DNA of 64,000 nt from Gracilinanus agilis (GCF_016433145.1 NC_058131.1:369946454-370010453); one strand, 5' to 3'. Numbered from the stretch's first letter, positions 36,567-50,079 are shown. Numbers and translations are program-made. Notes: generated by a model from the sequence alone, not told the origin.

Positions 36567-36929
36567 CTGTGAGAAGATGAGGAGAAAAAATATCTGGACC
36601 AGTGGCACTATCCTAGGCTTTTCTCAGCTCTCAGGAGCTATTTGGAAAGCACAAGGTACAGAATTTACTATTTAAGGGAAGAATTCACAGAGGGTAAAGG
36701 AAGGTTAAAAATTAGATTCTTTTAGTTCTGAAAGCATAGCCCATTCCTAATTATCCATGATAGGATCAGAGTCTGGATAATTAAACAAAACAAAGCATCA
36801 TCCTTTTATTCATTCCACTTCCATTTAATGAACCATTTATTAAGCACTTATACACAGCACTGGACTATGTGCTCGGGGAGACACAGATATAATTAAGACA
36901 CAGTCCCTGTCTTCAGGGAATCAAAGAAT

Positions 36930-37440
36930 CTCAGCTGAAAAGGTCAGAAGTCATCTAGTCCAATGAATACTGGGACAAAAATTCTCTCTAGACCTTGGAC
37001 TTTGCTTTAAGATTTATAATCATGGCGAAGCCTAGTCATCCTACTTTCAAACACTTCTAATTGTTTGGAAGATTTTCCTTTTGTTGAGTCTTCGCTTCTG
37101 TACAACTTCTAGGTAATTCTCCTAGTTCTTCCCAATGGGGTCAAGCAGGGCAAGTTTATACCTGCCTCTCCATGATAGTTTTTAAAAGCATGCAGGAATG
37201 ATGTCCCTCCTAAGTCTTTTTCTTCTCTCAGCTAACTGCCCTCCCTCCCCCTCAGTTCCTCCAACCCCAAGTTCCTGTGTCAGCTTCTAGACCTCTCATC
37301 ATTCTAATTGTCCTCTCCTGGAAAAGTTCCAGTTTATGAAAGTCTTTCCTAATATACTTCATTTCTGACCAGGAAAACTTGCTGCTTCTGGACACTATGC
37401 CTTTCTTAATGTAGTCTAAAATTGTTAGCCTTTTTGGAAC
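36930..37440 (-). mobile_element. L3/CR1 3' fragment
   Basis: Degenerate match to the L3-like segment at 58950-59620. Confidence 0.55.
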
Positions 37441-40230
37441 TTTCAAGCTTCAAATAATTCTGAAGAGGAAACAAAGAATAAAAAGAATAATCTTGAGGAG
37501 AAATGTTAAAATGTTAAAGAGACAAATGGAGAAAGTTGAATGAGTTGAGACTGAATTTCCAGACAAGTGAAGTTAATTATTGATAGTTTGAGGGTCTGAA
37601 TTGACTTTGTTGAAGTGTTGCTCATAACCAAATATTGTAAATAGTTATATGTACTTTATATATGAATATATACTTTATATATGTGTATATGTAAGTAGCT
37701 ATATACACACACACCATTTATGTATATACATATGTGTATATATATGTTCATTTTTTAAAAAGCCATATATTTTATTGATTTTAATATTTAAATGTAAATA
37801 ATGTAGGTACTAATACTGGTGGTAAAGATTTCTCTAGTTCATGAAATAAAATTTAATGAATTTGAGTGGAAAATTGATAACTTCCGGCACACTCTTGATT
37901 TACTCTACTAGCATTACTTGAGCTCTGCAGAATTGTAGTAGAAGACATCACCAAATTGGAAGTCTTCTAACTGTTGGCTAATGATGATGATAATGAAAAT
38001 TGACATTTATATAGTGCTTTAAATTTGCAGAGTGCTTTACATGCATTATTTCGTTTGGGTCTCATACCACCCCTACCTTTCATATACTTGATAAATTTTC
38101 ATTTTCATTCTGTTTTAAGTGGCAGAGTATGAATAGTATGGCACACTGGTAAAAAAAGAAAAGAAAAAAATTGATAGTGGTGGGTGGGTGGAGCTAAGGA
38201 AAAAAATGGTTAGGAGATAAATCAAGAGGTTTGGGTAGGTGGGAAGGAAGGGCAAGAGATGTACCTAGGGGTCAAAGGGAATGGAAAGTCACAATACTAG
38301 TCAAGCTTGGGTACCATAAGGGTTGATAATGGGGCTAGACTAGCCTTTTCTTTCCCATCTATGCAAATTCTACCTATCATTCCAAGTCTCAAATCAAATA
38401 CCTGCCAAAAAGTTTTCCCTCATGCTATTATCTTTACTGATTGGCATTTTTTCCAAACTTTATAGGCCTTAGATTTTGAGTTGAATCTGTGATTTCATTG
38501 GTATACAAAGAACTTCTGGAGGAGAAAATAATAACAATAACATAATAATGATAATAGCTAACATCTGTAGAGTGCAGGGCTCATTTTATAGTTAGGGCTC
38601 TATAAGACTTAATTGTCTGAGGAGATCCTGCTGGAGACAATTACTAGTTTTGTGGCCCCAGGCAAGTCACTAAAACTCTCAGCTTCAGCTTCTTCATCTG
38701 TAAATTGTGGTAATAATACTATCTACCTTACAACCCTGTGAGGATTGAAACATTATATATATATACATAAAATAGATACATAAACTTTTCACACCTTAAA
38801 TTCTAGCTATTATTGTCATTACCTACTCAATGATATAAATTCCTTGTCTTCTCAATACATTTTTCTGAGTTGCGTAGTACTAAGTAGGAGATTAATAATT
38901 AATAACTAAATAAAATGAAAACGGATGAAGATAGTACATTTTCTAGGTACATCCAAAGTTAGAGGAATTTTATTCTTAAGATGACCATTAATGTTTACCC
39001 CCAGAAAGGGTTTCCCAAAAACATTTCTCATTCTTCACATTTCTGCTCCTTTCACCTCAAAATACTGATACTCTGTTATTAGAGTCAGCGATTCAACATT
39101 TTCAAGTAACCCAGTGAGGTGAGCATCTCATCAGGCAGCTGAATATAGATAAGTGCCAAAGTGAGACTGAGAGATTGGACTGCCTCCATGGCAACCTACA
39201 ATGGCCAGATTTCAATTAGGAAGGAGGAATAAAAGACAACCAATTAGGAAGAGGAAACAGGACTGATTCTCTTCTAATTGAGAAATACCCCAGGGCTGGG
39301 GAAACACTTCACTATGAAGCCAGAAAACCTTTCTGAGTTGCTATTCAAAGCCTGATCAATCCATTGCTTTATTATCATCCATTTCTACTTGTTACAGAGG
39401 CCTGAGGAACATGGTGGTACAGGGTCCAGGAACCATTTCTTTCAGTTTCCTGAGATGAAGAAGGAATGGGGGAAAATCTCCGAATTAAAGAATGCCAGGC
39501 CTGATGGGGCTTTTAGAACACAGAACACAGAATGTCAGATCTAGAAGGACATTGAGAATTCCAGAGTCACACCATGGATTTGCCTCTTCTGTGTCTCATG
39601 CTAAGGAGAAGCAAGCAAATAAAGGCCCAGACCTCCCACTTTGCTGAGGGGACACACTAACCACACATATATCTGTATTCACATACATGCCTGTGGCAAC
39701 ATGATATAGTGGAAAAAGCACTATTTCTTCTCCTGGTTCAAATCCCACCTCTGATAGTACTTGTGATCTTAGGTCTTTTAACTTTCCTGTACCTCAATCT
39801 GTAAGATGGAAGGGTTAGATTAGGTAGCCTCTGAAATCACTTTTAGCTCTAGCTCTGTGACTCTTCAAATAATAAGAGAAACTTACATTTTTTACAGTGC
39901 TTTAAGGATTAAAGGATATTTTTTTTCCTAGTAAAGCTGTGAGTAAGGATTATTATTCCCATTTTGTAGATGAGGAGACTGAGATAAAAACAGATTAAGT
40001 GACTTAACCATACCGATAGTTTGAAAACCTAAGTTTTTTCTTTGTTCAGCCTGTTTCCTCCTCTACCAAGCTGATGAACAAATCTTTTTGTAATCTGCAC
40101 ATTCTATTCCAAAGAGCATATGCCATTTTTCTCTGGAAATTATCACAAGAAGGTAAGGAAAGTTTTGGAACACTGATGTCAGTCAGTTTGCACCTTATGA
40201 CCTGGGTCCAGCTATAGCAGTTAAGTTCTT

Positions 40231-42901
40231 TTCCTCTTTAAAAATTTTTATAATTAAAACATTTTTATTGGCATGCAAAACACATTTCCATATTGGTCAT
40301 TATTGTAAGAGCACACTCATAAATATCCAAACCCTCAAAATAAAATGAGAGATAACTGATGTGAAAGACAGCTCCAAAAGTTCTTTCTCTGGAGGTGGAT
40401 AGCATTGCCAGTCATAAGTCTTTCAGAATTATCCCAGATCAGTGTGTTGCTGAGAGCAGCCAAGCTTTCACAGATGATCAAGGTACAATATTGTTGTCAT
40501 CGTGTACAATATTCTCCCAGTTCTGATTATTTCACTCTGCAGCAGTTCCTACAGATCTTTCCAGCTTTTTCTGAAATCATCTTGCTCGTCATTTCTTTCA
40601 GCACAATAGTATTCCATTACTAACATGTACCACAGTTTGTTCAGCCATTCCCCAATTGAGGGACATTCCTTCAATTTCCAATTCTTTGCCACTACAAAAA
40701 GAGCTTTTATAAATATTTTTGTAGAAGTAGGCCCTCTCCCCATTTTTCTCAGGGAGCTCATTCAATTTCCTTTTCTGAGATGAGATTATTTAAATATTCT
40801 ATTTCCTCTGTTGTTAATCTGGGCAATTTGTATTTTTGTAAATATTCATCCATTTCACTTAGATTGTCAGATTTATTGGCATATAATTGGGCAGAATAGC
40901 TCCTAATGATTGTTTTAATTTCTTCTTGATTGGTGAGGAGTTCACCATTTTCATTTTTATATTAATTATTTGATTTTCTTCCCTCCTTTTTTTTAATCAA
41001 GTTAACCAATAAGGTGTATTTTCCTTCCTTATCTCTTTTTAATCAGATCTGGTTTTGCTTTAGCTTTGTCTGAGGTTATGATGGCTATGCCTACTTTTTT
41101 TTACTCCAGATGAAGCACAATAAATTCTACTCCAGCCTTTACTATATGTTTCATCCTGCCTCAAATCTGTTTCTTATTAACAACATATATTAGAATTCTG
41201 GCTTTTAATCCACTCTGCAATTTGCTTTTTCATTTTATGGGAGACTTCATCCCCTTCACATTCACAGTTATGATTACCAACTGTGTATTTCCATCTATCT
41301 TATTTTCCCCTTTTGATCCTGCTTTTTCGTTTCACTCTGTCCCTCCTAACCAATGTTTTGCTTTTTATTATTCCCCTCCTACTTTTTCCTCCCTCCTACT
41401 ACCCACCCAACTTCTCGTCTTATTGCCCTTCTACTTCTCTATAGGGCAAGATAGGCTTCTGTACCCCAATAGTATTGTTTGTTATTTCCTGTCTGAGCCA
41501 GTTACAATGAAAATAAGGCATTACCTCTGCTTCTCTTAATTGATTTTTAAAATCCTTTTTGAGTTTTTCCAGAATCTAAGACCAATTGATATTTTCCTTT
41601 GAAGCTTGCATGTGTTTGCTTTGTTTTCACTGTCCCTTTCTGTGTCTGTGCCTTGCTGTCTCCACAAACATTTTCAATGGTCATGTGTTTTTTTGATGTT
41701 TTCTCATTTTCCTAGACTTTTTCTGGACTTTCACTTTTATTTTAAAGGCATTCTCTTCTTAGGAAAGATAGGGTACTCTTTTAAACTCCAGTTGTTCCAG
41801 AGGCAGCTAGGTGGCTCAGTGGATTGAGAGCCAGGCCTCAAGATGAGAGGTTCTAGGTTCAAATCTCACCTCATACACTTCTTAGCTATGTGACCCTGGG
41901 CAAGTCACTTAACCCACATTGCCTATCCCTTACCACTCTTCTGCCTTAGAACCAATTCACGGTATTGATTTTAAGATGCAAGGGAGAAGTTAAAAAAAAA
42001 CACCAAAAACCTTCAGTTCTTCCTTTATGTTACCTTTAGCTTTATTTGGGGGTTTCTATTTCTGTTCTTCCAATATGATCTGATGGATGGTAGGCTGGGT
42101 GGTCTGAAAGCCACCTCCCACTGATGATTCAATCATCCCCTAAAGCTGCTGATGGTTGAAATTCTAGCTTCAAGCTTACATGGGAGCTTTTGGTCTTACT
42201 CCAGGCTTGATCAGGTCAAGCGCACTGTGGATTACTTTTCACTGGGGCTCTGCCTTGAGCATTGTTAAGGGCTCCCATAGGCAAATACCCTGGGGATTGT
42301 CTTCACTGGGGATCCAAGAGGTTAGCTCTGGCTTTACCCTAACCCAGATTGCCACACAGACTGCCTCAAACTGGGACTCAGGTGTTTACTACAAGCTTGT
42401 CTGGGGCTTCTGGCCTCACTCTGGGCTTATAGATCAAGTGCTCTGCACAGATTGCCTAGGGCTGGAATTCTGGACCTTACTGCAGGTTTCCTTGGAACTT
42501 TACTGGCTGTGTGTTGAGTTGCACTGCTGTTGCCTTAGGCAGGATCTTAAGGTCTAGATGTTGACTTGGGCCCAGGTTCAGAACCTGGAACAGTAGGTGG
42601 AGGTTGGTGGGTGGAGGTTGGTGTTGGCTTGCTACTTACTCCTTGTTGTAGCCATCTGCTACAGTTCAGCTCAGTTAAAACCCTTTACCCAATATCTCCT
42701 CTGTTTCCCTCTCACCCCAGTGACCCAGATGCTCTCTACCCACCTTTCAAGTTATTCTCTGTATGAAAGTTGCTTCACTCCATCTCCTTCTAGGTTTTTT
42801 CACTCTAGTATTCATTTTTGTGGTTATTTTAAAATTGGTTGGAGAGAATTCTCTCAGGTTTCAAGCTTTCCCTACTTCTACTCCACAATCTTGGCTCTCC
42901 C
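40231..42901 (-). mobile_element. L1 integrant with 5' end and multiple internal deletions
   Basis: 5' start GGGAGAGCCAAGATTGTGG; short ORF1 piece; EN N-terminus (AEWIKSQN...KGWSRIY); linker ([23 protein letters not shown]); C-terminus (GEWLNKLWYMLVMEYY) and 3'UTR. TSD gcagttaagttctt (40217-40230) / gcagtcaaattctt (42908-42921). Confidence 0.85.
41800..42000 (+). mobile_element. SINE1_Mdo-like SINE nested in L1
   Basis: Full head, tail and A run. Confidence 0.9.
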
Positions 42902-43808
42902 TGTCTGGCAGTCAAATTCTTGAGACAGTGTAATCTGGTTCCTTTCCCTTAAATATCTCTTCCCTACACAATTCCACCTAGAAAGTGAAGATCTTCTTCC
43001 TTGTTAGGCAGAATTAATGGATGAGTCCAGTGAAATTTTACTACAAATGGCTATTCAGCACAGAATCAGAAGATAAGCTTAAACAAGAAGTTTAAGCTAT
43101 AAAAAAGTAAGAGCTTCCTGAGGCTTTCAATGACATTGGAAGAACACACAAAGGAATTTCCTAAATCTGCTTCTGTCAGTGTCTAAGAACAGAATACAGT
43201 AACTGTCTTGAACATTTAGGGGACAGATCATCCAGAAAGCAAAAGATTACACATATGGTCTAGAGCTTTGGAAGTTGGAAGTTGTAGAGTTATGCTCAGA
43301 GGTTGGAGAATTCTGTTCAGAATGAAACAGCAGCTGTTCTGGAGAGCACAGAGATGACTTCTGTTTTTTTCCCCTTAAACATTTCCCTTTCTCCTTCTTT
43401 GAATTACAGATCTTGGGAAGTGGAGGCCAGGGGAGAATTATTTAACTTTTACTTTCTCTAGATACAGTCTTTCCCCTTTGGAAATGTCTGTTACTGTTTC
43501 AAAGGAAAAGAAGAAACAAGACTAAAGAAGGAGAGAGAGTAGCAATTGTAATATCTGTGCCAGGGCTTCAATCCTGATCAGAGAGAAAAAGAGTACACTC
43601 TGAGCCCCCAGGCATCCTGGGAGACAAGAAGCATCAGTTCTCTCAGTTTCCTGAGATATGAGACAATGAGTTAGGGGAATCAAAGAACTAAAAAATGCCA
43701 AAGAGGAAGAACACTCAAGGGCATATCTTAGAACCTGAACTGAACACAATATTCTGCATGTAACAAATGACAGTTAATTTTGCTACTTCTGGACACTATA
43801 ACTATCTT

Positions 43809-44036
43809 TCTTCCTTCCCTTTATTTCTTTCTCTCTTCCTTTCTTCCCTTCCCTTCTGTCTTAGAATCAATACTAAGTATCCCTTACAAGGCAGAAGAGC
43901 ATTGTGGAGTAGACAACTAGAGTTAAGTGACTTGTACAGGGTCACATAGCTAGGAAGTATCTGGGGTAAAATTTGAACCCAGGACCTCCCAACTCCAGGC
44001 CTGACTCTTGATCCACTGAGCCACTTAGCTGTCCCT
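43809..44036 (-). mobile_element. SINE1_Mdo-like SINE with simple-repeat tail
   Basis: Perfect 17-bp TSD gacactataactatctt (43792-43808 / 44037-44053). Confidence 0.92.
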
Positions 44037-44901
44037 GACACTATAACTATCTTAAAGTAGTCTAAAAATATGTTAGCTTCAAGCTAAAGAACAAAGTTCA
44101 GCTCAGTTAAAACTTTTTACCCAACATCTCTGGTCACCTGGGTATCTGCTGAGTGCCAGGCACTGTGCTAAGCTTTATAAATATTTTCTCATTTGATAAC
44201 TTGATACTGAGGAAAAGGACATTTTCATGGTTGACTTGGCATGCTCCGGTGTCCAGAACAAATGCTTGAAGCATAGAAGGAATGAAACAAATGATTACAA
44301 AATGAACTTATGGCTTTGCAGCATAGTAGGCATTTGTCTGTGGGTTTGCCTATTAGAAAGGTGAGCTGATAGCTTTGTAGCCCAACTAACAGCCAAGGAC
44401 TAGAAATGTCTTCTGTGGGTTTCTTCTATGGGTTGGAGGCTTTATCACAGATTCCTCAGTTCTCCAGTTGCTTTTCAGTGCTGGGTTGGGCCCCAGGTTC
44501 TATCAAAGCTAGCTCTGTACACATTTTCGTCTTTTTCATCAAAGCAGGACATAGATGTCTTTTAGCTCTGATGGTGATTGGTCAGATGGGTATTATAGGG
44601 ATAAACAGAAGGAAAACTGGATCATTCTCTGTTCCTGTACACAGTAGCACTGCCCTGGAGGGAAACCATGGAGTAAAACATGGACTCAATGCTTTTCCTT
44701 AGGGTAGGACAGAAGAATAGCGTGATCTGTTAGGTAGAAATTCTGTTCTGGGACCTGGAATCCTAGGGACTGACTGGTCAGGCTTGCTTTCATGAGATTC
44801 TTCCTGTTCAGAGTCAGTACAATCAAGTTGTCTTACAATATATTTTGAGGGACTCCAGAAAAATACTCTACCCGAGTAAAAATATCTTTCCATGATGTCT
44901 T

Positions 44902-45039
44902 TTTTTTTTTAACCCCTACCTTCTGCCTAAGACAAAAAACTGGTAAGGGCTAGGCAGAGCACCTGAGGCCATATTTGAACCTAGGACCTCCCGTCTCTAG
45001 GCCTGGGTCTCAATCCACTGAGCTACCTAGCTACCTCCA
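44902..45039 (-). mobile_element. SINE1_Mdo-like SINE (internally shortened)
   Basis: 12-bp TSD ccatgatgtctt (44890-44901 / 45040-45051). Confidence 0.88.
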
Positions 45040-45568
45040 CCATGATGTCTTAAAATTTACTCAAATAAATGAGTGAGTATTTAACAGTAATCATTGTCTT
45101 ATGCTCCTTTCATAAAATGCAATACATTTGGGTTGAAGACTCTGTGACTTAGTGGAAGAAACCCGGGACCAGAAGTGAGGACTGAAAGCCCTGGATATGA
45201 ATCCTTGTTCAGCTATTTATTAACAAGGTGATCCTTGTCAAGTCATTTAACCACTGTCAGCCTATTTCCTCATCTGTAAAAGAGATAATAAATAATAGCA
45301 TTTGCCTCACAGGGCTGCAGCTCTATGATCAAATAAGAGAACATATAATTATAATAATATATCAAATGGGATTATATATATAAAATACCTTGAAATTTTT
45401 GAAGTGCTAAGTCTTTGTTATTATTAATGATAATTCACACAAAATGAACACATTTTATTCCAAATACATAGGTCTAAATTTATCACTGATATTCTAAAAT
45501 GATAGCTAAGAAGTCAGATAAGGACTAGCCTATAGATAAAATTCTGAACACATAGAAATGAGCCTTAC

Positions 45569-45761
45569 CAGGCAGTCTTCCATGTGGTTCTGATCTATAG
45601 TACAGACATCCACTCTTAGGGTCTTCTGGTGTAGAGAGGGATAGGAGATGGATACCCAAAACATTTCATTGAACACAAGATTGTCAGAAGCTTCCAGGGG
45701 CCTTGTCCGGAACAGGCAAGGTGTGCTTTCAGAGCAAGGAAGGATAGCAACACGGACATTC
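45569..45761 (-). CDS. WWC1: KIBRA exon 15 (C2 domain core)
   Basis: ccttcag|[65 protein letters not shown]|gtaagg; 193 nt. Confidence 0.97.
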
Positions 45762-46003
45762 CTGAAGGGAAACACAGGTTTGAGTTAACTCACATTTGAA
45801 GGGCTTTACTGAAGAGTTGACGTCACTACACTATTAGTTTTACTTTGTTACAAAAGAAATTTCAGGAATGAGAGTAATCCATAAAGTAATGTGAAAACAA
45901 AATATATCAATTAAAAAAATGAGTGCGAAGGAGGAGAAAAAAGTCAGTAGGCTTTTCAAACTAATTAACAAGGACAGAATGGAGAATGCATTTTGCTATT
46001 TCT

Positions 46004-46253
46004 GAATAGAGAACTGGACCTGGAGTCAGAGAGACTCATATTCCTGAATTCAAATCTGGCCTCAGACACTTACTAGCTGTGTGACCCTGGGCAAGTCAAG
46101 TCACTCTGTTTGCCTCAGTTTCCTCATCAGTAAAAATGAGCTAGAGAAAGAAAAGGCAATACACTCCATTATCATTGCCAAAAAATCCCCCCCAAACCCA
46201 AATGGGGTCATGCAAAGTCAGACATGACTGAAAAATGATTGAATAACAACAAC
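46004..46253 (+). mobile_element. Mar1 SINE
   Basis: CORE and RTE-like tail. Confidence 0.85.
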
Positions 46254-46268
46254 CGAAAAGGCTCCATA

Positions 46269-46462
46269 GGGGTAACTAGGTGACTCAGTGGATAGAGAGC
46301 CAGGTCTGGAGATAGGAGGTCCTGGATTCAGATCTGGGCTCAAGACACTTCCTAGTTGTGTGACCCTGGGCAAAGTCACTTGACTCCAATTGCCTAGCCC
46401 TAACTGCTTTGGAACTCATACTTAGTATCAATTCTAGGACAGAAGTTTAAGATTTTTAGAAA
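46269..46462 (+). mobile_element. SINE1_Mdo-like SINE
   Basis: Head and tail recognisable. Confidence 0.85.
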
Positions 46463-46510
46463 AAGGTCTATATAAAATCTCCAGGAAACATAATCAAAAT
46501 TTAAGGACAG

Positions 46511-46690
46511 GGGCAGCTGGGTAGCTCAGTGGATTGAGAGTCAGGCCTAGAGATGAGAGGTCCTAGGTCCAAATCCGGCCTCAGGCACTTCCCAGCTGTG
46601 TGACCCTGGGCAAGTCACTTGACCCCCATTGCCCACCCTTACCACTCTTCCACCTAGGAGCCAATACACAGAAGTTAAAGGTTTAAAAAA
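46511..46690 (+). mobile_element. Young-looking SINE1_Mdo-like SINE
   Basis: Close to the family pattern; TSD tttaaggacag on both sides. Confidence 0.9.
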
Positions 46691-47446
46691 ATTTTTTTAA
46701 GGACAGAATTGTCTGTTTCTCACTGATACTTATAACATTTGTTCCTCTTTATTTTGTTTCACAGAAGGCAAGGAGGAAAAGGTATGGACAATCTGGTGTG
46801 CAGGAAAAAAAGAAATGAGCCTTCCATAGAGCAAGGTGGTAAAAAAAAGGCTGGGAAATAGATCCATTTCTCAAGGAATTCCTAGAGATCCACTATTAGG
46901 TTGTCATTATTGATCAATCAATATGAATTTATTGAGTGCCTGTTTTGTGCCAAGCACTGTGTTAAGTGATGGGGATACAAAGAAAAAGACTAATAGTCCC
47001 TGCCCTCAAGGAGCTAACATTCTATTGAGGAGGCAACATACACAAGAAATAAATTTATATATATAGAGGAGAAGGCTACATATATATTTTTATGCACAGT
47101 AGCTTCTCCAACTGACTGCTTGTCATATGTTATGGAGGGGGGAAACTGGAGGGACGAATAAATATAGGAGAAGTACCCTGCTACAGAAAGGGCTGAGACT
47201 TCTGCATATTGACTTGTAGGAAACAATTATGAAGAGTCTAGGCCTACAGAGTACTTCATTTAAGAGACCTTGTTCCTTAAGGGCTTATCAAATGATGGAG
47301 AAGATGGAACAGGCTAAGGAGAATTCACATGTCTTCAGTTAGAGAAATCTAGCTGTCACTAGTCTAAGTTATGACTTCTTAAACTACCTAAAAAGGAAAT
47401 ATAGTCTTCTTCCTTACAAACTGAAGCCAATTAACACTAGAAAGGG

Positions 47447-47477
47447 ATGTGTGTGTGTGTGTGTATGTGTGTGTGTA
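47447..47477. repeat. (GT)n microsatellite
   Basis: Read directly. Confidence 0.9.
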
Positions 47478-47747
47478 AACTAGCCCCACACTAAAAACAA
47501 AACAAAAAAATAATTGCCCCAGCCAAACCTAAAAATCTCCCAGAATAGTGCAGCAATTATAGGGCCTATCTAAAATGATAGGTCTGTCCTGTTTTTCAAA
47601 GAAAGCCTATTATACAGAAAAAAAAAGAATTAACATAAAAACAAGTCAGGGAGTGATTACTAAAAAAATTTTCAGCCTGTGGCTGAATGAGTCACCCTTT
47701 CTTTCCCTTGTTCCTATTCCAAATGTGCCTTTAAAAATGATTCGGTT

Positions 47748-47951
47748 GGGGGCAGCTAAGTGGCTCAGTGGATTGAGAGACAGGTCTAGAGATGGGAGGT
47801 CCTGGTTTCAAATTTGACCTCAGACATTTCCTAGCTGTGTGACTCTGGGCAGGTCACTTAACTCCTCATTGCCTAGCCCTTACCATTCTTTTGCCCTGGA
47901 CCCAAAACACAGTATTGATTCTAAGATGGAAGGTAAAAGTTTAAAAAAAAA
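47748..47951 (+). mobile_element. SINE1_Mdo-like SINE
   Basis: Full head, tail and A run. Confidence 0.9.
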
Positions 47952-48240
47952 GATTCCATTTACCAAAATTTTATAGTATTATAAAATTATTAAATATTTC
48001 AATACATGTACATTTTTTAAGGATCCCATCTAGGGCAGACCTTTTTGCAAATTTAACATTATTAGGGAATTAGAATCAAATGGCAATCCTGAATCATAGT
48101 AATGTCCAATGCTACAAATATGTAAACAGTGCTTATGACACAAATGGAACCTCTGACACTGAAGGAAAAGTGTGTTTGGGAACCAATCATTTCATTCCTG
48201 GTAGAGGATGCCACGTGGGCCCCAAAGCTTACATACTTAC

Positions 48241-48327
48241 ACCTTCTGGTCTTGTTGCAACAACAGAGCAGCAAAGTTACTCAGCTGGATGATTAATATT
48301 GCAAATTGTTTATTCTTCTCATCATAC
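48241..48327 (-). CDS. WWC1: KIBRA exon 14 (C2 domain)
   Basis: catttcag|[31 protein letters not shown]|gtaagt; 87 nt. Confidence 0.96.
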
Positions 48328-49938
48328 CTGAAATGAAATGGGAAACATGTAGCACCTGTTATTAACAAAATGCTTCTTTAGTAGAAACAAGATGCTGCTG
48401 CTAATGGCTTAGGAACTGTTTTTGGAGAATTTTTCCTGCACTTGCACTTTGCTGTATTGTTAGATTATCAGAAAGCAACAGACCTGGACCATATTATCTT
48501 AGCTCCCCACAGACATGCCTTCACTGAGCTAAGATTTAATGTTATGCTTTCAATTTTTATAGAGGGGTTGCTATATCCTTCTATAAGAAATGCCTCTTTG
48601 AAGAATATTTCTTTCTGCCAAACCTGTAGCTAAAGACATTTTCCATTACTGTACCCAAAGTCCATTATATGGCCCCAATCAATGAATCCATTTACCTAGT
48701 ATAATAGAAAGAGCAATAGTCTGGGAATCAGGAAAACTCAATTCTCCTTCTGCCTCTGCAATTGACTTACTTTGGACATGTCATTTAAACTCTGGGAGAT
48801 TTCACTAAGGGGTTAGATTGGATTAGTAATCTCCTCAGTGGGAGCCAGGATCTCCTTGGGGAAACAGGGAGGGGATACCTTGCTCAAGAGTACCTTTAAG
48901 ACCTTCTAAAGCTCTATGATTCTATAATTCTATGACTTCAATGTAAGAAAGAAGTTTTCCCTTTCAGAAGAATTTGTTTTCTTCCTTTTATCAAACAATG
49001 AGAACAAAATCCATTTTCTGCCTTAGCTGCCAGGAAATTCAGAGTTAATTTCAACTGTTGTAGCTCTTTCAGCTACCACAGATTGTTTTGGAAGGTGGGC
49101 ACAATGTATGTAGGGATGCACATCTACAAGCATTTATATAACTAAGTGGGAGATACTGCTAGATTGAGTAGGTTCCAACTACTCTTCTCCACCACAGGAA
49201 TCCACAGGGAAAGTCAGTGAGAATAATCTGAGAGCGCCCTCTGCTGCCAAGATTCTATCTACAGCAACAGCTCAGTGCATAGCCCATTCTGGAACGATCT
49301 GCGTCTTCACAGAAAAAAGTGTTTATTACAGACCAATTCTCACATGATTGAGGAGGTGAGCAACCGAAGAATAAAGCCAAAGACTTCAGAAAGCACACTA
49401 AGGGAGTTATTTACATGAGTTTACACAGTTGCTTTGACCAAGGCAATTCTGAGTATACAAACTTTGAAAACAGGGAAGACTTGGGCTCAAAAAGAGTAAA
49501 AGCCTCCTGGAATCAACTATAAAGAGAAGTTCTCCAATAAGATAGGTGTCACATAGGTTTCTCAAAACCATAGGTAAGGGATCAGGCTAGGGATGAAAGC
49601 TTCAAAGATTTGAAGCTACATCAAACTCTTCCAGGTATTACATAAATGGAAAGAACACTAGATTTAGAAGTTTGAGATCTAGGTTCCAGTTTTGTCTCTG
49701 GCATTTATTTTCCATATATCTTAGGCAAATCACTCAGTCTCTCTTCTTCCTCTTCTGTCAAAAGGAGATAATCATCCCTGTCCTACTTTCCACATAAGGT
49801 AGTTGTGGGAATCCCAGGAAAGAAACGTAAAAGCCCTTTGAAAAGTACAAATGTAAGGTGTGGAGGATATGGACAATTAATAGAAGATGTCTCAGAACTC
49901 AGCTTCCCTAGTCCTTTGTCTCCTTTCCCAGTCCTTAC

Positions 49939-50019
49939 TTCAGAGCGATCTGAACTCTTGCAGCTCCTATGGCCTCCAACTCATCGCTGTCAAACACAGT
50001 GGCTTCTGATGTGCCCAGT
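49939..50019 (-). CDS. WWC1: KIBRA exon 13
   Basis: cttttcag|A LGTSEATVFDSDELEAIGAARVQIAL AA|gtaagg; 81 nt. Confidence 0.95.
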
Positions 50020-50079
50020 CTGAAAAGCAACAAGGGGGGGGGGGGGGGAATCAAGGTTTAAAGCAGCTCCCATCAGGAA

